From the human T2T-CHM13v2.0 reference genome, Homo sapiens, in assembly GCF_009914755.1 (NCBI RefSeq), contig NC_060942.1: a stretch of 64,000 nucleotides of DNA. One strand, 5' to 3'. The position numbers and the translations under genes were made by a program. Numbering within the stretch: the stretch's first letter is position 1; each line of letters opens with the position of its first letter. This document shows, piece by piece, positions 63,071 through 64,000 of the stretch. Under the pieces are notes generated by a model. It was not told the DNA's origin. It searched no databases and saw only the letters and a program-made list of their open reading frames with translations.

Positions 63071-64000
63071 CTGAGTCTCTTCCTTCTCAAGCTCATTTCC
63101 ATTTATGAATCAGGTAAAACTTCTTGTCATCTCTTTTCTACAAGTTCAAAATCCTCTTGGACTGATTATGAATTTTCACATTATATTATTTTTCCTACAT
63201 TATATTTTGGTTTCACTAGACAATTGGGCAATGTGCTGACTTTGGATTCAGAAAATCTTCGCTGAATCTTGGTTCTGGTGCTTTCCGGCTGTGTGACTGG
63301 GCAAAACACACATTGTCTTCATGGCTTGGTTGACCCACCTATAACATAGATAGTGGCAATGGTCCAAATTTGTGTGTTATACATTCAGAAAATATCTATT
63401 GAGTGTATACTGCAGGTGAGGCTGTATTCCCAGTAACAGAGATAAATGGTCATTCACCTAACACAGAGCATGTATATAAAAAGCTTTGCATGTTGTAGGT
63501 ACACAGATGATGCTTAGTAATTGCCAGATGTACAGGACAAAATAGAGTTATTCATAGAATCTTTTAGAAACCATATGTTTTACACATCACACACACTTAT
63601 ACACCATCGTAGCACTTCTGACCACATTAACAAGATGTGTCATCTTCTTGTTTTTATAGTGACACAGATATGCTCTGCCGAAGCTCCAAACACTCTCTTA
63701 CTGTAAGACTCCCCAATGTGTGAGTCATTTGGCTTCTGAGTCCACTTTCAGGGAAGGAGAATAATTAACGGATCCAGAGAAAGATCCAACCTCTGACCTT
63801 GACTTTATTAACTTTGTGTGCTGACTAATCATGCTGATTAAGAACAGAAATTCAACCCATTCAGCTGATGTGTCCCTGGAATGTCTCTTTCCAGGCACCC
63901 TGATATCTATTTCCTAGAATCTCCCAGCCCCTGAGGAGAATAATTTGGAAATCCCAGTCAAGCTTAATGCATTTCTATTTAGGGATCTAATGCCTGGAAA

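Overview
Primate (very probably human) genomic DNA: AT-rich, CpG-depleted, and intronic or intergenic. I find no credible host protein-coding exon; every long ORF in the track is decayed LINE-1, Alu, LTR or simple-repeat sequence. The window is mostly layered transposable elements: a full-length but inactivated L1PA6-like LINE-1 (6390-~12512), 5'-truncated L1PA2/PA3/PA4-5/PA8-like copies, ancient L1M, L2 and MIR, about ten Alus or Alu fragments, MaLR/ERVL solo LTRs, and DNA-transposon relics (MER5, MER58, MADE1). The most notable structures are: (i) a U6 snRNA/L1 chimeric retrogene with its own target-site duplication (TSD) at 2587-3180; (ii) a probable L1 3' transduction, possibly carrying an older Alu as passenger, at 12513-12938; (iii) a target site hit twice by Alus, leaving a triple TSD at 25148-25723; (iv) a candidate minus-strand recursive splice site at ~19131-19160; (v) a FOX-palindrome plus RFX X-box enhancer candidate at ~1983-2036. 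These are examples of known mechanisms or are hypotheses; I cannot support a wholly new biological system from the sequence alone. Subfamily names and the boundaries of old repeats are read by eye against remembered consensus sequences and need RepeatMasker/Dfam confirmation.
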